Shown: positions 49,326 to 59,124, numbered from the whole stretch's first letter. The stretch is 61,869 nucleotides of DNA, filler included, from Candidatus Eiseniibacteriota bacterium (GCA_043809585.1; 4 parts of 4 records of this genome joined end to end with filler, not necessarily neighbours in it); one strand, 5' to 3'. The notes: generated by a model from the sequence alone, not told the origin. Numbers and translations: made by a program.

Positions 49326-49567
49326 CGATATCCTCCTTGGTTAAGGGCCTACCGATAAATCGGCCATATCCGGGATTTCCTTGAGGGGGGGATCCCGGCC
49401 AACGGGAGGCTTCTGCACGGGATCGGTGTGTCCGGATGGCCACCCCGCCGATAACTTCGCCCATCACACGAGATCTTCGACATATCGTCCTGCAAATAAA
49501 ATAGTTGGTAGAATACAAATATCGTACTGGGGTGGGGGGACTGTTCGGCCCGGTCGGCTGGATCGGC

Positions 49568-49603
49568 AAAGAAAGACCCCCACCTCGCATGGAGGCGGGG
49601 GTC
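49568..49603 (-). terminator. Rho-independent terminator of mdh
   Basis: GACCCCC..CCTC/GAGG..GGGGGTC hairpin followed by TTTCTTT on the minus strand. Confidence 0.7.
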
Positions 49604-49625
49604 GTCGCTTCCGAATCGAAATCAC

Positions 49626-50585
49626 CTATTTCTTGGTCATCTTGTCCACTTCGGCGCAGGTCTTCTTGACGGCGTCGACCGACTTCGCGAGGGCCGCCTT
49701 CTCCTCCGCGGTCAGATCGACCTCGATCACCTTCTCGACGCCGTTCCTGCCGATGATCGCCGGCACGCCGACGAAGAGGCCCTTCACGCCGTACTCCCCG
49801 TCGAGGAGGGCGCAAACGGCCATGATCTTCCTCTTGTCGAAGGCGATCGCCTCGAGCATGGCGAGGGCGGACCACGCCGGGCTCACGAAGGCCGAACCGC
49901 TTCCGAGAAGGCCGACCACCTCGCCCCCCGCTTTCCGGGTGCGGGCTTCGATCGCCTCGAGCCTCTCCTCGGCGACGAACTTCTCCACCGGCATCCCCGC
50001 GACCCGGCAGGCGCTCCGGATCGGGACCATCGTGTCGCCGTGCCCGCCGAGGACCATGGCCTCCACGTTCTCCACCGACACGCCCGCCTCCTCCGCAACG
50101 AAGTAGCGGTAGCGGCTCGAGTCGAGCATTCCCGCCATGCCCATGATCTTGTTCTTCGGGGGTTTCAGGCGGTTGTAGAGATGGTAGACGATCGCGTCGA
50201 GAGGGTTCGCCACGGAGATGACGATCGCGTCCGGGCAGTACTTCTTGATGCCGTCCGCGACCGCGTCGGTGATCTTCAGATTGGTCGCGAGGAGTTCCTC
50301 CCGGCTCGGGAAGGTCCCGTCGGGCCGGACCGTCCGGGGAACGCCGGCCGTGTTGATCACGAAATCCGATCCCTCGAGAACGTCGAACTCCTTGCCCGCC
50401 TGGAAATGGAAATCCGATCCGATGACGGGCGAGCCTTCGGCGATGTCGAGCATCTTCCCCTTCGCCAGGTCCGGCGGCTTGACGTCCACGAGACCGATGT
50501 TCCGGGCGAGCCTCCGCTCCGCGATCACCGACGCGAGCACACCGCCGATCTGGCCTCCACCGATGAGTCCAATCTTGTGCACCAT
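49626..50585 (-). CDS. mdh: NAD-dependent malate dehydrogenase (LDH-like MDH)
   Basis: IGGGQIG, GKMLDI, TAGVPR...SREELL, NPLD, LDSSR, VLGGHGD. Confidence 0.93.
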   Translation of the reverse strand: MVHKIGLIGGGQIGGVLASVIAERRLARNIGLVDVKPPDLAKGKMLDIAEGSPVIGSDFHFQAGKEFDVLEGSDFVINTAGVPRTVRPDGTFPSREELLATNLKITDAVADGIKKYCPDAIVISVANPLDAIVYHLYNRLKPPKNKIMGMAGMLDSSRYRYFVAEEAGVSVENVEAMVLGGHGDTMVPIRSACRVAGMPVEKFVAEERLEAIEARTRKAGGEVVGLLGSGSAFVSPAWSALAMLEAIAFDKRKIMAVCALLDGEYGVKGLFVGVPAIIGRNGVEKVIEVDLTAEEKAALAKSVDAVKKTCAEVDKMTKK

Positions 50586-50896
50586 CCGCCTTCTCCTTGT
50601 CTTCTGGAAATGCGGGAACCCGTGCTCCGTACGGCGGGCCCTGCCCGTTCCGGCGGAAGAGTCCCCTCACACGACAAACCGGGGCTTCGAATCACCGAGA
50701 AACGGTACCACCGATCGGATCGAAAGACCAGGATTTCGAGGGGACGAACCTCCCGGCGAATAGTTTCGCCTGGTGAACAATCGAGGACACGCGGGATCGG
50801 TCGAACATCGAGGAATGTCTGACGAATCGCGGATCCCTCTGCTATATTCGTTCCATCCTGCCCACCGCGAGTCGGCCCACCGACGGGAGGCGCCCC

Positions 50897-52120
50897 ATGA
50901 ACGACAGACACCATCCCACACGAAGAGAGTTTCTGATGACCGGCGCCGCGGGACTCGCCGGCGCGGCGTTCCTCGGCTCCGCCGGGGGCTGCTCCCGCTC
51001 GGAGGAGAATAGGGAAGGGGCGCGCAAGTTCGTCTACAGGACCCTCGGCCGGACCGGCCTCCGGGTGCCGGTCGTGGGCATGGGCGCGATCTACGCCCCC
51101 AACCTGGTGCGGGCGGCTCTCGAGGAGGGCGTCGCCTATCTCCACACTTCGAGCGGCTACGCGGAGCGTAACCACGAGAGGATGCTCGGCTCCATTCTCC
51201 CCTCCCGGCCCCGGAACTCCTTCGTGATCACTTCGAGTCCCGATCTTCCCTACGAGTACATCAGGAGCCGGGGGCGCTCGTCCGATCTTGGCCTGTCGGC
51301 GGATCCGGAAATGATCCTCGGGTCGATCGAGGGGACCCTCGAGCGTCTCGGGCTCGAGTTCGTCGACGTCTACAACCTCCTCTCCGTCGGCCGGCGGGAG
51401 ACAGTGCTCCACGAGCCGTACCTCAGGGCCTTGGAGAAGCTGAAGAGGGACGGGAAGATCCGGTTCGCAGGGATAGGAACCCACGAGAACGAACCGGAGG
51501 TGATCCGGGCGGCCGTGGAGAGCGGCTTCTATGACGTGGTTCTGACGGCGTACAACTTCCGGCAGACCCACCGGGAGGAGATCCGGGAGGCGATCGGCGA
51601 GGCCGCGGGGGCGGGTCTCGGTGTGGTGGCCATGAAGACCCAGGCCGGCGTCTACTGGGACCAGACACGGACCCGGAAGATCAACATGCAGGCCGCCCTC
51701 AAGTGGGTCCTTCGGGACGAGAACGTGCATACCACGATCCCCGCCTTCTCCAACTACGACGAGATGTACGAGGACCTCGCGGTCATGGAGAACTTGGGAC
51801 TGACGCCCGAGGAGCGGGCCGACCTCCGGATGGGGGACGACCTCGGCTGCACGGGGAACTTCTGCCAGCAGTGCGGCGGCTGCCTCGCCCAGTGCCCGGA
51901 GGGGATGGATGTCCGGGCCCTCATGCGGGGCTCCATGTACGCCTTCGGGCACCAGGAGCCGAAGAAGGCGAGAGAGACGCTTCGGTCGTGGACCCCCGAA
52001 GACGTTCTCTGCCTGAGCTGCGACGCCTGCGCGGTGGAATGCGCCCTCGGGCTCGACGTGAAGAGCCGTGCCCTCGGCATGGCCCGTCTTCTCGAACTGC
52101 CCGTGGAGTTTCCGGGTTAG
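50897..52120 (+). CDS. Aldo/keto reductase with twin-arginine signal and C-terminal Fe-S motifs
   Basis: TRREFL Tat motif; YRTLGRTGL; GVVAMK; CQQCGGCLAQCP and CLSCDACAVEC. Confidence 0.87.
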   Translation: MNDRHHPTRREFLMTGAAGLAGAAFLGSAGGCSRSEENREGARKFVYRTLGRTGLRVPVVGMGAIYAPNLVRAALEEGVAYLHTSSGYAERNHERMLGSILPSRPRNSFVITSSPDLPYEYIRSRGRSSDLGLSADPEMILGSIEGTLERLGLEFVDVYNLLSVGRRETVLHEPYLRALEKLKRDGKIRFAGIGTHENEPEVIRAAVESGFYDVVLTAYNFRQTHREEIREAIGEAAGAGLGVVAMKTQAGVYWDQTRTRKINMQAALKWVLRDENVHTTIPAFSNYDEMYEDLAVMENLGLTPEERADLRMGDDLGCTGNFCQQCGGCLAQCPEGMDVRALMRGSMYAFGHQEPKKARETLRSWTPEDVLCLSCDACAVECALGLDVKSRALGMARLLELPVEFPG

Positions 52121-52191
52121 CCTTGACCAGGCAAGAAATCCCGGTGCCCATCGCCGACGCTCGCGCGACTCGCCCCCCCCTTCGTGCTATG

Positions 52192-52212
52192 TGCTATAAT
52201 GATTGCGCAATC
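52192..52212 (+). promoter_or_regulatory. Extended -10 promoter with adjacent perfect palindrome
   Basis: TGCTATAAT immediately followed by GATTGCGCAATC. Confidence 0.5.
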
Positions 52213-52296
52213 GCCAGTATCTCCCATCACGGCATCGACGCCCCCCCCGTGGTCGACCGGGAATTGCAGGGTTTTTCCTGAAACGAGGAGCATTCC

Positions 52297-53484
52297 GTGG
52301 AATCTCGTCTTTCCTCCGCTCGTCGCGCACGGCTCTGGGGAGTCTTTCTTCTCGCGGCCCTCCTGTTCATCGGGGGTTCCCCCCTCGCCGCGCCTCCCCC
52401 CGGTTACTACGACACGGTGGACACGACGAGCGCCGCGGCGCTCCGCGCCACCGTTCACGACGTGATCGACGGTCACACGAAGATCCCCTACACGTCGTCC
52501 TCCACGGACACGTGGGACGTGCTCGAGCTCGCCGACCAGGATCCCCTCGATTCGGGGAACATCCTGGATGTTTACCGGAACCGCAGCTTCGACAAGTTCG
52601 GAGGCGGGAACACCTTTTACAACCGGGAGCACACCTGGCCGAACGGGTACGGCTTCCCCGACGACGGCCCCACGAACCTGCCCTACACGGACTGCCACCA
52701 CCTCTTTCTCTGCGATATCGGGTACAACAGCGGTCGGGGGAACGCCGTCTACGAATGGTGCTCCGCGGGGTGCGGTTCCTATCCCGCCGACGATTACAAC
52801 GGAGAGAGCGGCGTGAACCGGACCCGCCTCGCGACGCCGGTCGGGTTCTGGGAGACGTGGATCGGCCGGCGGGGGGACGTGGCGCGGGCCCAGTTCTACA
52901 TGGACGTGCGCTACGAAGGGGACGCGGGCGCCGAGCCGGACCTGATCCTGACAGACGATACCGCCCTGATCGCCGCCTCCTCGACGGGGAACAACGAGGA
53001 GGTCGCCTACATGGGGATCCTCTCGACGCTGCTCCAGTGGCACCAGGACGACCCGGTGGACGACAAGGAGCGGGCCCGGAACGACGTGGTCTACACGTTC
53101 CAGGGGAACCGGAACCCCTTCATCGACCATCCCGAATGGGTGGACATCGTCTTCGCCGGCATCGACACCGACGTCGCTTCCGGAGAGGCTCCGGGCCCGG
53201 ACGCGGGCGCCCGGATCTCGGCGGTCTACCCGAACCCCTTCAATCCGCGAACCACCCTGGTCTTCTTCCTCGCCCGGCCCGGTCCCGCGCGGCTCTCCGT
53301 CTACTCGGTCACCGGCGCCCTCGTCCGGACCCTCGTCGACGAGCGATGGGAAAGCGCCGGCGAACGCCCCGTCTCCTGGGACGGCACGAACGACGCCGGC
53401 GCAGCGGTCTCGAGCGGCGTCTACTTCGCACGGCTCGCGAGCGGCGTCGATGTCGCCACGGAGAGATTGGTGCTGGTGAAGTGA
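52297..53484 (+). CDS. Secreted endonuclease I-family nuclease with FlgD-Ig/T9SS-A-like CTD
   Basis: NREHTWP, TDCHHL, YNSGRGN, RGDVARAQFYM.VRY, QGNRNPFIDHP; tail YPNPFNP...WDG...SGVYFARL...RLVLVK. Confidence 0.9.
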   Translation: MESRLSSARRARLWGVFLLAALLFIGGSPLAAPPPGYYDTVDTTSAAALRATVHDVIDGHTKIPYTSSSTDTWDVLELADQDPLDSGNILDVYRNRSFDKFGGGNTFYNREHTWPNGYGFPDDGPTNLPYTDCHHLFLCDIGYNSGRGNAVYEWCSAGCGSYPADDYNGESGVNRTRLATPVGFWETWIGRRGDVARAQFYMDVRYEGDAGAEPDLILTDDTALIAASSTGNNEEVAYMGILSTLLQWHQDDPVDDKERARNDVVYTFQGNRNPFIDHPEWVDIVFAGIDTDVASGEAPGPDAGARISAVYPNPFNPRTTLVFFLARPGPARLSVYSVTGALVRTLVDERWESAGERPVSWDGTNDAGAAVSSGVYFARLASGVDVATERLVLVK

Positions 53485-54143
53485 ATTCCGGACATCGGGC
53501 GGAGACGGGCGACTGGGCCGTCGATCGTCTCGAGTCCGTCCGGAACGACTGGTCCACGAACGAGAACAACTCGATGAGTGTCTTCGATCTCAGACTGCTG
53601 TCGGAATCGGAGCCGTGTATCGTCTACATGAAACACATCGATTCGACCGCCGTGCAGACGGACTCGCTGTTTCTTGCCCCCAGGAACGGTTCCGGCTGGA
53701 CCAAGGAGTGCGTCGCGGCTACCTCGGTGCGATCCGCATCGCTGGTCTTCGACTCCTTCGGCACGGCCTGCGTGCTCTTCTCCGGCAAACCGGCACAGAG
53801 CGGCACTCCGCTCAGACTTCTCTACATGGCGAAACGAAGCACTTCCACCCACGCAGAGGACCGACGACCTCCCGTGGTATGGCCCGGCCTCGTCGTTTCG
53901 CCAAATCCCTCCACGGGAGAGGTGTCCCTCCGCCACTTGCTCCCCACAGCCACGCCCGCTCCCATCCTCGTCTACGACATCCGTGGGCGTGTGATGAGGT
54001 CGCTGGTAGCTGGCGAGTCTACGGGAACCCTGACGTGAGATGGATCAGATACCACTGGCCGCCGAGTGGCTCCGGGGGTGTACTTCGTGAGGGTGTCTGA
54101 CGGACAGACCACCGAGACAAAGAGGATAACTGTTGTGAGGTAG
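53481..54143 (+). pseudogene. 5'-truncated secreted protein remnant with a nonsense codon in its CTD
   Basis: No signal peptide; SPNPS...VYDIRGRVMR...T*DGSDTTGRRVAPGVYFVRV...KRITVVR*, with TGA 54036-54038 at the conserved W of WDG. Confidence 0.75.
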
Positions 54144-54664
54144 AGCACCTCCGGCACCCCCGCCGAAAAGGACTCACAGAGCGGGATGAAAAGGAGGGGG
54201 CGCTGAGCCGGAAAACGACCCAACCACCAATACTGCTCGGCCTTGCCACGTTGTGCCTCCTTCATGGCACAAAGCCATAGACCGCAGAGCTTTATCTGTG
54301 GTATAATGTCGTCTAGACACAGCAACGTGATCTGCGCCTCCCCGGCGCAGAGCCTGCCCGCCACGATCTTTCAGCCGAGGGGATATGTCGTGCGTCGTGC
54401 CACACGGCCCATGCTCGCTTTGCCATTTCGCTGGTGACCGCCGCGGCCACGGGTCGAGCCTGGCATGTCCTGCCCGATGATCCTGGGGGTGCGCGGACCA
54501 TGCGGGCGTCTTGTGACTCTTCGGCCGACGGAGCAACAACCAACATCTTGCGCCGTCTCTATTCAGGTCCCGGCAACCGGGTTTTCCGCCACTTCGGCAA
54601 GGCCGTTGCTTCTCGATGTGCCGGGCGGATGTTTCTTCCCACAAGACTACAATGGAGGCTCGAA

Positions 54665-56131
54665 ATGGGACAGCCAAGCAGGAACATGACATGTTTGGGA
54701 GGGTGGTTTCTGGTTCTCGGCGTGCTTCTGGCGCTCGTGTCGGGCGGCCGGGCTCTCGCGGACTGGCAGATCACGACTTATGGCGACACGGATGAAGATC
54801 CCAGCATCGCTTGGAACGGCGACCACTACCTCGTCGCATGGAGCCGCAGTCGCAACGACACCAACTTCGTCTACGGGCGGAGGGTCACGTCTTCACGGGA
54901 ATTCGTCGGTGGCGAGATTCCCGTTTGGGACCCCGTCCTGTCCAGTTCTCCGGGTGGGGCCCTATATCCGCGGGCGGCGGCCGGCGGCGAAGGCGGATCC
55001 AAGTGGCTCGTCGTTTGGAGAAATGAATACGGCGGTGTCATGGAGATCTTGGGAAGGTTCATAAACGCGGATGGCACGCCGGACGGAAGCGTGGTGACAT
55101 TGGGCACCACGAACTACTTCAGCCCGGTCCCCGTGATCGCCTGGAACGGCTCCCAGTGGTTGGTCGTCTGGGAGGGCTATGAGACGTATCGGTACATTCA
55201 GGGCCGATTTGTCTATACCGACGGGACCATGGGATCCGTGTTCGACATCGACAAGGAGACCGGCGTCCAGAAATACCGTGCCCGGGTAGGCGCGATCGGC
55301 TCCGACTTCTTTGTCGCGTGGATGGACAATGGAGAAGGCACATACGACATCTGTGGCAAGAACGTGGATGCCAATGGCGACCTTACCACGAAGCTCGTCG
55401 TCCATCGTTGTGAGGGAACGGATTACACGAATACCGTCTCCGGCGGCAGTTCCCATTTCCTCGTGACGTGGAGGTGTCTCGGCTCGGCGGGCAATGCTCA
55501 CATCTGGGGGCGCCGGGTGAACGCCGCCGGAACGTCTCCCGTGGGAGCGGAGATCGAAATCAGCTCGGACCAAATCAACAACTCGGGTGCGGCCGCGTGG
55601 ACGGGGTCCTACTTCAAGGTTGCCTATGATCTGATATCGCAGGGGCCGTACTATCGGCCCGTCTACGAAGACGGGAGCATGGGAGACGAAACCGATCTGT
55701 CGACTCTGCTCTCCACGGGGGTGGGCACATACGTGGCGAATGCCCAGGGAGATACGAACTGCCTGTGCGTTTGGGAGGCAAACATCGGTAACCGGGACAT
55801 CTTCGCGGACGGGATCGGGGATGTCACTGCAATTCCGGCCGGGGGCGCACCCTCCCGCTGTTTCCTCGCCCCCAATACACCGAATCCGTTCAATCCTACG
55901 ACGACGCTACGCTTCGGGATTCCGGAAGAGGGACACGTTCTCCTGGCCATTCATGACGTATGCGGACGCCGGGTTTCGATCCTCGAGGACGCTCCGCGGA
56001 GCGCGGGTGAGTTTTTCCGAACTTGGGACGGCCGAGACGAGAGCGGAAGGGACGTCCCCTCCGGCATCTACATTGCCCGCCTTGTGGCCGGCGACTTCAC
56101 GGCGACGAGGAAGATGGTGTTGTTGAGATAA
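54665..56131 (+). CDS. Secreted beta-repeat (propeller-like) protein with FlgD-Ig/T9SS-A-like CTD
   Basis: Signal peptide; repeats IAWNG..YLVAW/WLVVW...IxGR; tail PNPFNPTT...WDG...SGIYIARL...RKMVLLR. Confidence 0.82.
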   Translation: MGQPSRNMTCLGGWFLVLGVLLALVSGGRALADWQITTYGDTDEDPSIAWNGDHYLVAWSRSRNDTNFVYGRRVTSSREFVGGEIPVWDPVLSSSPGGALYPRAAAGGEGGSKWLVVWRNEYGGVMEILGRFINADGTPDGSVVTLGTTNYFSPVPVIAWNGSQWLVVWEGYETYRYIQGRFVYTDGTMGSVFDIDKETGVQKYRARVGAIGSDFFVAWMDNGEGTYDICGKNVDANGDLTTKLVVHRCEGTDYTNTVSGGSSHFLVTWRCLGSAGNAHIWGRRVNAAGTSPVGAEIEISSDQINNSGAAAWTGSYFKVAYDLISQGPYYRPVYEDGSMGDETDLSTLLSTGVGTYVANAQGDTNCLCVWEANIGNRDIFADGIGDVTAIPAGGAPSRCFLAPNTPNPFNPTTTLRFGIPEEGHVLLAIHDVCGRRVSILEDAPRSAGEFFRTWDGRDESGRDVPSGIYIARLVAGDFTATRKMVLLR

Positions 56132-56347
56132 GGGCATATGTCCTCCCAGTTGGCTTGCCGGGGGGTGGGGAATCCGGATAGATTCTGGACATCCCCGCAT
56201 CCTCGGCGGGTTGGGAAGGAGGGCGCGATGGCCAGGAGCGCGCCGCTTCGACTACGGCCAGAGCGACGCGACGGCGAATCGATACGGTCTTAAGGCTGGC
56301 TTTTCGATCTTCCCCCTCCCGTTCGGGGGGAACGGGAAGGACGGACG

Positions 56348-56668
56348 ATGAAGCGGCGGATGAGCATCCTCGTAGGTGGCGCGTTTGTGTTCCTTCTCCT
56401 CACCACCGCCGCGCGAGCGGAGACGGCATCCGATTGCGGGGGAGGCGGGGGCCTTCTCTTCGGGAAGAACCAGGGCAAGACGACCGTGACCTTTCCCCAC
56501 GTTCAGGGAGGACTCCGGTTCCTCGTGGGCGACGCCGCCTCGCTCAATACGGGTTTTTACTACGAGCGGCTCTGGAACGACGACGAGGGGTACGGGATCG
56601 ACGACGGGGAGAGGGACGAGTTCGGATTTCTCGTGGGGATCTCGGTGTTCGCGAAGGGATCGCCGTAA
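56348..56668 (+). CDS. Short exported protein resembling the C-terminal strands of an outer-membrane beta-barrel (possible internal deletion)
   Basis: Signal peptide ending AARA, then GGLRFLV..ASLNTGFYYE...FGFLVGISVF. Confidence 0.5.
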   Translation: MKRRMSILVGGAFVFLLLTTAARAETASDCGGGGGLLFGKNQGKTTVTFPHVQGGLRFLVGDAASLNTGFYYERLWNDDEGYGIDDGERDEFGFLVGISVFAKGSP

Positions 56669-56707
56669 GCGGGGTTCGGTGAGTGGTACGTACGCGTACG
56701 CGTACGC

Positions 56708-57160
56708 CTACCCCCCCCCCACCTCCAGCCGCTCCACCTCGATCCCGGCCTGATTCAGGAGATCGATCGAGTCGCGAAGACGGTACTCGTGGGCGTAGTA
56801 GACCCTCTTCACGCCGCCGAGGTTGATGAGGCGTTTGGCGCACATGGTGCAGGGAAGGTGGGTGACGAGGACGATCTTGGCGGTCTCCCTCGGCTCGGTG
56901 CAGTTGATGACGGCGTTCTCCTCCGAGTGGAGGCAGCCGCAGTTGCCGGGCTCTTCCCGGTCGCACGTGTTGGGGAGGCCGGTGGCGTTGCCGTTGTAGC
57001 CGACGGCGAGGACCCTCCGGTAGTCGGCGCAGCAGATCACGGTGCCCACCTGAAGGCGCGCGCATGTGCTCCGCCGGGCGAGCTGGAACGCCATGGACAT
57101 GTAGATCTCGGGAAAGGTCGGGCGGGGTCGCTCGGTGCCGGGACCGGGCCCCTCATTCAT
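56708..57160 (-). CDS. dCMP deaminase / ComEB-like zinc deaminase
   Basis: RSTC.RLQVG, GYNG, HSEENA, PCTMC. Confidence 0.9.
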   Translation of the reverse strand: MNEGPGPGTERPRPTFPEIYMSMAFQLARRSTCARLQVGTVICCADYRRVLAVGYNGNATGLPNTCDREEPGNCGCLHSEENAVINCTEPRETAKIVLVTHLPCTMCAKRLINLGGVKRVYYAHEYRLRDSIDLLNQAGIEVERLEVGGG

Positions 57161-58154
57161 CCCCGACGCCTTCGGGAATCGCCGCGGCTTCCGGCACCGC
57201 GAGCGACGAGTCGGGCGGGACCGGCTCGATCAGCTCCTCGGCGGGCTTGATGTAATTCAACACCCGCGACGAGGAGACGAGGTAGAGGACGTCGTCGGAG
57301 GATCGCTTCACGTAACGCATCCCGGAATCCGGCTTCTCCGCGCCGATGAGGAGCGTCTTGACGCTTTCGTCCTGCAAGATGATCCGCACGGTCCCCGCGG
57401 GCTCGGAGAGACCGGCGAGGGCCATGTCCGCGGCGGGGGGGAACTCGTTCGCCGTCAGCCGCGTCAGGCCGGCCGGCATGCCTTGGATCACGGGGCTCTT
57501 CGCCCGGTATCCCTCGGGAGAGGTCACCACCCACCCCTCGTCCCCGCGGTACTCGACGCGGATCGTCCCTCCGCCGCACTCCATCTCGAGGGCCGCGATC
57601 TTCTCCTCGTCGATGCGGAAGAGGGCCCGGTCCTTCCAGGTCCGGGTCCCCCGGTCGAAGACCCCCTTCAGCGCCTCGGGCTGGAGGAAGACCTCGTCCC
57701 TCGCCCCGTCCCGGAGATAGGTGCTCCGGTAGTCGGCTCCGCTCTTCCCGATGTAGAACCGTGCCGATTCACTCTCCTCCGCGCCGACCGCCACCTCCAC
57801 CGCCCGGGCGCTGTCGAGCTCGAAAAGATCGTATTTCTCGGGCTTCCGGGAAACGACCTCGTCCGCGCGAAGCGAGGCGAGGGCCTCCAGGATGCGCGTC
57901 ACGCCCTCCGGGTCGGCAGCGAAGCCGTCCTCGCTCGCCACCACCCAGGCCGAACCCCCGCGTGAAAGGTCGACGAGATTCTCCCCCGCCCGAATCGTGA
58001 TTCGATCGACCGAGGCCGTGTCGAGGGCGGGATAGAGGAGTCCCGCCCGGGCCTCCTCCTTCTTCACCGGGCCGTCGTCGCCGCGGACCAGGAGAAGGAT
58101 CACGATCACCAGGCCGAGCAGGACCCCGACGAGGGCGAGAGGGTTCTTCGGCAT
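57153..58154 (-). CDS. DUF4340 domain-containing protein (tandem domains)
   Basis: N-terminal TM MPKNPLALVG; repeated W...P/AD...L.IG...YV pattern, WKDRALF; follows a GldG-like gene. Confidence 0.8.
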   Translation of the reverse strand: MPKNPLALVGVLLGLVIVILLLVRGDDGPVKKEEARAGLLYPALDTASVDRITIRAGENLVDLSRGGSAWVVASEDGFAADPEGVTRILEALASLRADEVVSRKPEKYDLFELDSARAVEVAVGAEESESARFYIGKSGADYRSTYLRDGARDEVFLQPEALKGVFDRGTRTWKDRALFRIDEEKIAALEMECGGGTIRVEYRGDEGWVVTSPEGYRAKSPVIQGMPAGLTRLTANEFPPAADMALAGLSEPAGTVRIILQDESVKTLLIGAEKPDSGMRYVKRSSDDVLYLVSSSRVLNYIKPAEELIEPVPPDSSLAVPEAAAIPEGVGDE

Positions 58155-58849
58155 CACGCGCCCCCTTTCGACTCGGCGAGCCGCGCTTCGGCGCGGTGGT
58201 TTCGTAGCCGCACGTATCGGACGACGCCGTAGAGAATCACGAGGAGGGGCACGCCGAAGATGACGAGGAATTTCGCGATCGACTTCCACCGCTCCGAAAT
58301 CTCGCGGACCGGGCGGTCCACGGCGGCCCGGGAGCGGATCGCGATCAGTTCGTCGCCGAGGGTGAGCCAGTCGACGGCATTCTGGAGGAGCACGACGTTG
58401 TTCGGAAACTGGCCGATCATGTCGTCCATCACCATGTTCGCCGTGCCGAACACGACGATCTGGGTCTCCGGACTGACCGGGACGATCTCCCGCCCCTCGT
58501 CGGCGGGGGAGACGATCCCTACCTCCCCCCCCTCTCCGTCCGCGGGGGGAACGGTCTCTCCTGCGAAGAAACTGGGGAAGGTCCCGCCGGCCGCCACCGC
58601 GAGGGGGAGCCTCTCGACGGCTTCCCGCGGCGCATCGGGGAACCGCTGCTGGGGGTTCAGGTCGTAGGTCCCCGTCATGGTCCACCCGAATTCGGTGGTG
58701 AGCACCAGGGTGTCCACCGTCACCGACTCCGGAACGGTGTCCGCCGCGGCCACCGTCGACGTCCAGGGAAGAACCATTCCCGAGAGCTGGTTCACCATCG
58801 GGTTCTCTTCACTCACATTTTCCGGCGCCACCTTCACCCAGTACGGATA
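58154..58849 (-). CDS. GldG-like ABC-type auxiliary component, 5' partial
   Basis: IVVFGTANM...NVVLLQNAVDWL..DELIAIRSR, C-terminal TM then RRR-like tail. Confidence 0.82.
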   Translation of the reverse strand, partial: YPYWVKVAPENVSEENPMVNQLSGMVLPWTSTVAAADTVPESVTVDTLVLTTEFGWTMTGTYDLNPQQRFPDAPREAVERLPLAVAAGGTFPSFFAGETVPPADGEGGEVGIVSPADEGREIVPVSPETQIVVFGTANMVMDDMIGQFPNNVVLLQNAVDWLTLGDELIAIRSRAAVDRPVREISERWKSIAKFLVIFGVPLLVILYGVVRYVRLRNHRAEARLAESKGGA

Positions 58850-58949
58850 NNNNNNNNNNNNNNNNNNNNNNNNNNNNNNNNNNNNNNNNNNNNTTAATTA
58901 ATTAANNNNNNNNNNNNNNNNNNNNNNNNNNNNNNNNNNNNNNNNNNNN
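58850..58949. other. Artificial contig linker
   Basis: N run with TTAATTAATTAA. Confidence 0.98.
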
Positions 58950-58950
58950 A

Positions 58951-58984
58951 GTCCTGAGTAGGACCGAAGGTCCGTATCGAAGGG
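58951..58984. repeat. REP-like palindromic unit at contig start
   Basis: GTCCTGAGTAGGACCGAAGGTCCGTATCGAAGGG, one mismatch to 28338-28371. Confidence 0.7.
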
Positions 58985-59124
58985 CTCGGAGAGCGTCGGT
59001 CCCCCGCTCATCCCCAAGCACGGTGCTTCTTCAGTTCACATAGTCGCGTGCGCGGAGGCGCGCTCTTTCGATCGCCCGCTTCCGTGGGGCGTCGGGAATT
59101 CGGGATGCGTCATGGCGGGAGTGA

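Noticed and set aside
52203-54038. 611-aa ORF overlapping the nuclease
   Set aside because: The first two-thirds is an off-frame shadow; only the part after 53481 resembles a real protein remnant.
54036-54038. Alternative genetic code or selenocysteine at the in-frame TGA
   Set aside because: TGA ends many clear genes here (flgD, fliH, fliA) and the position aligns with Trp, not Cys.
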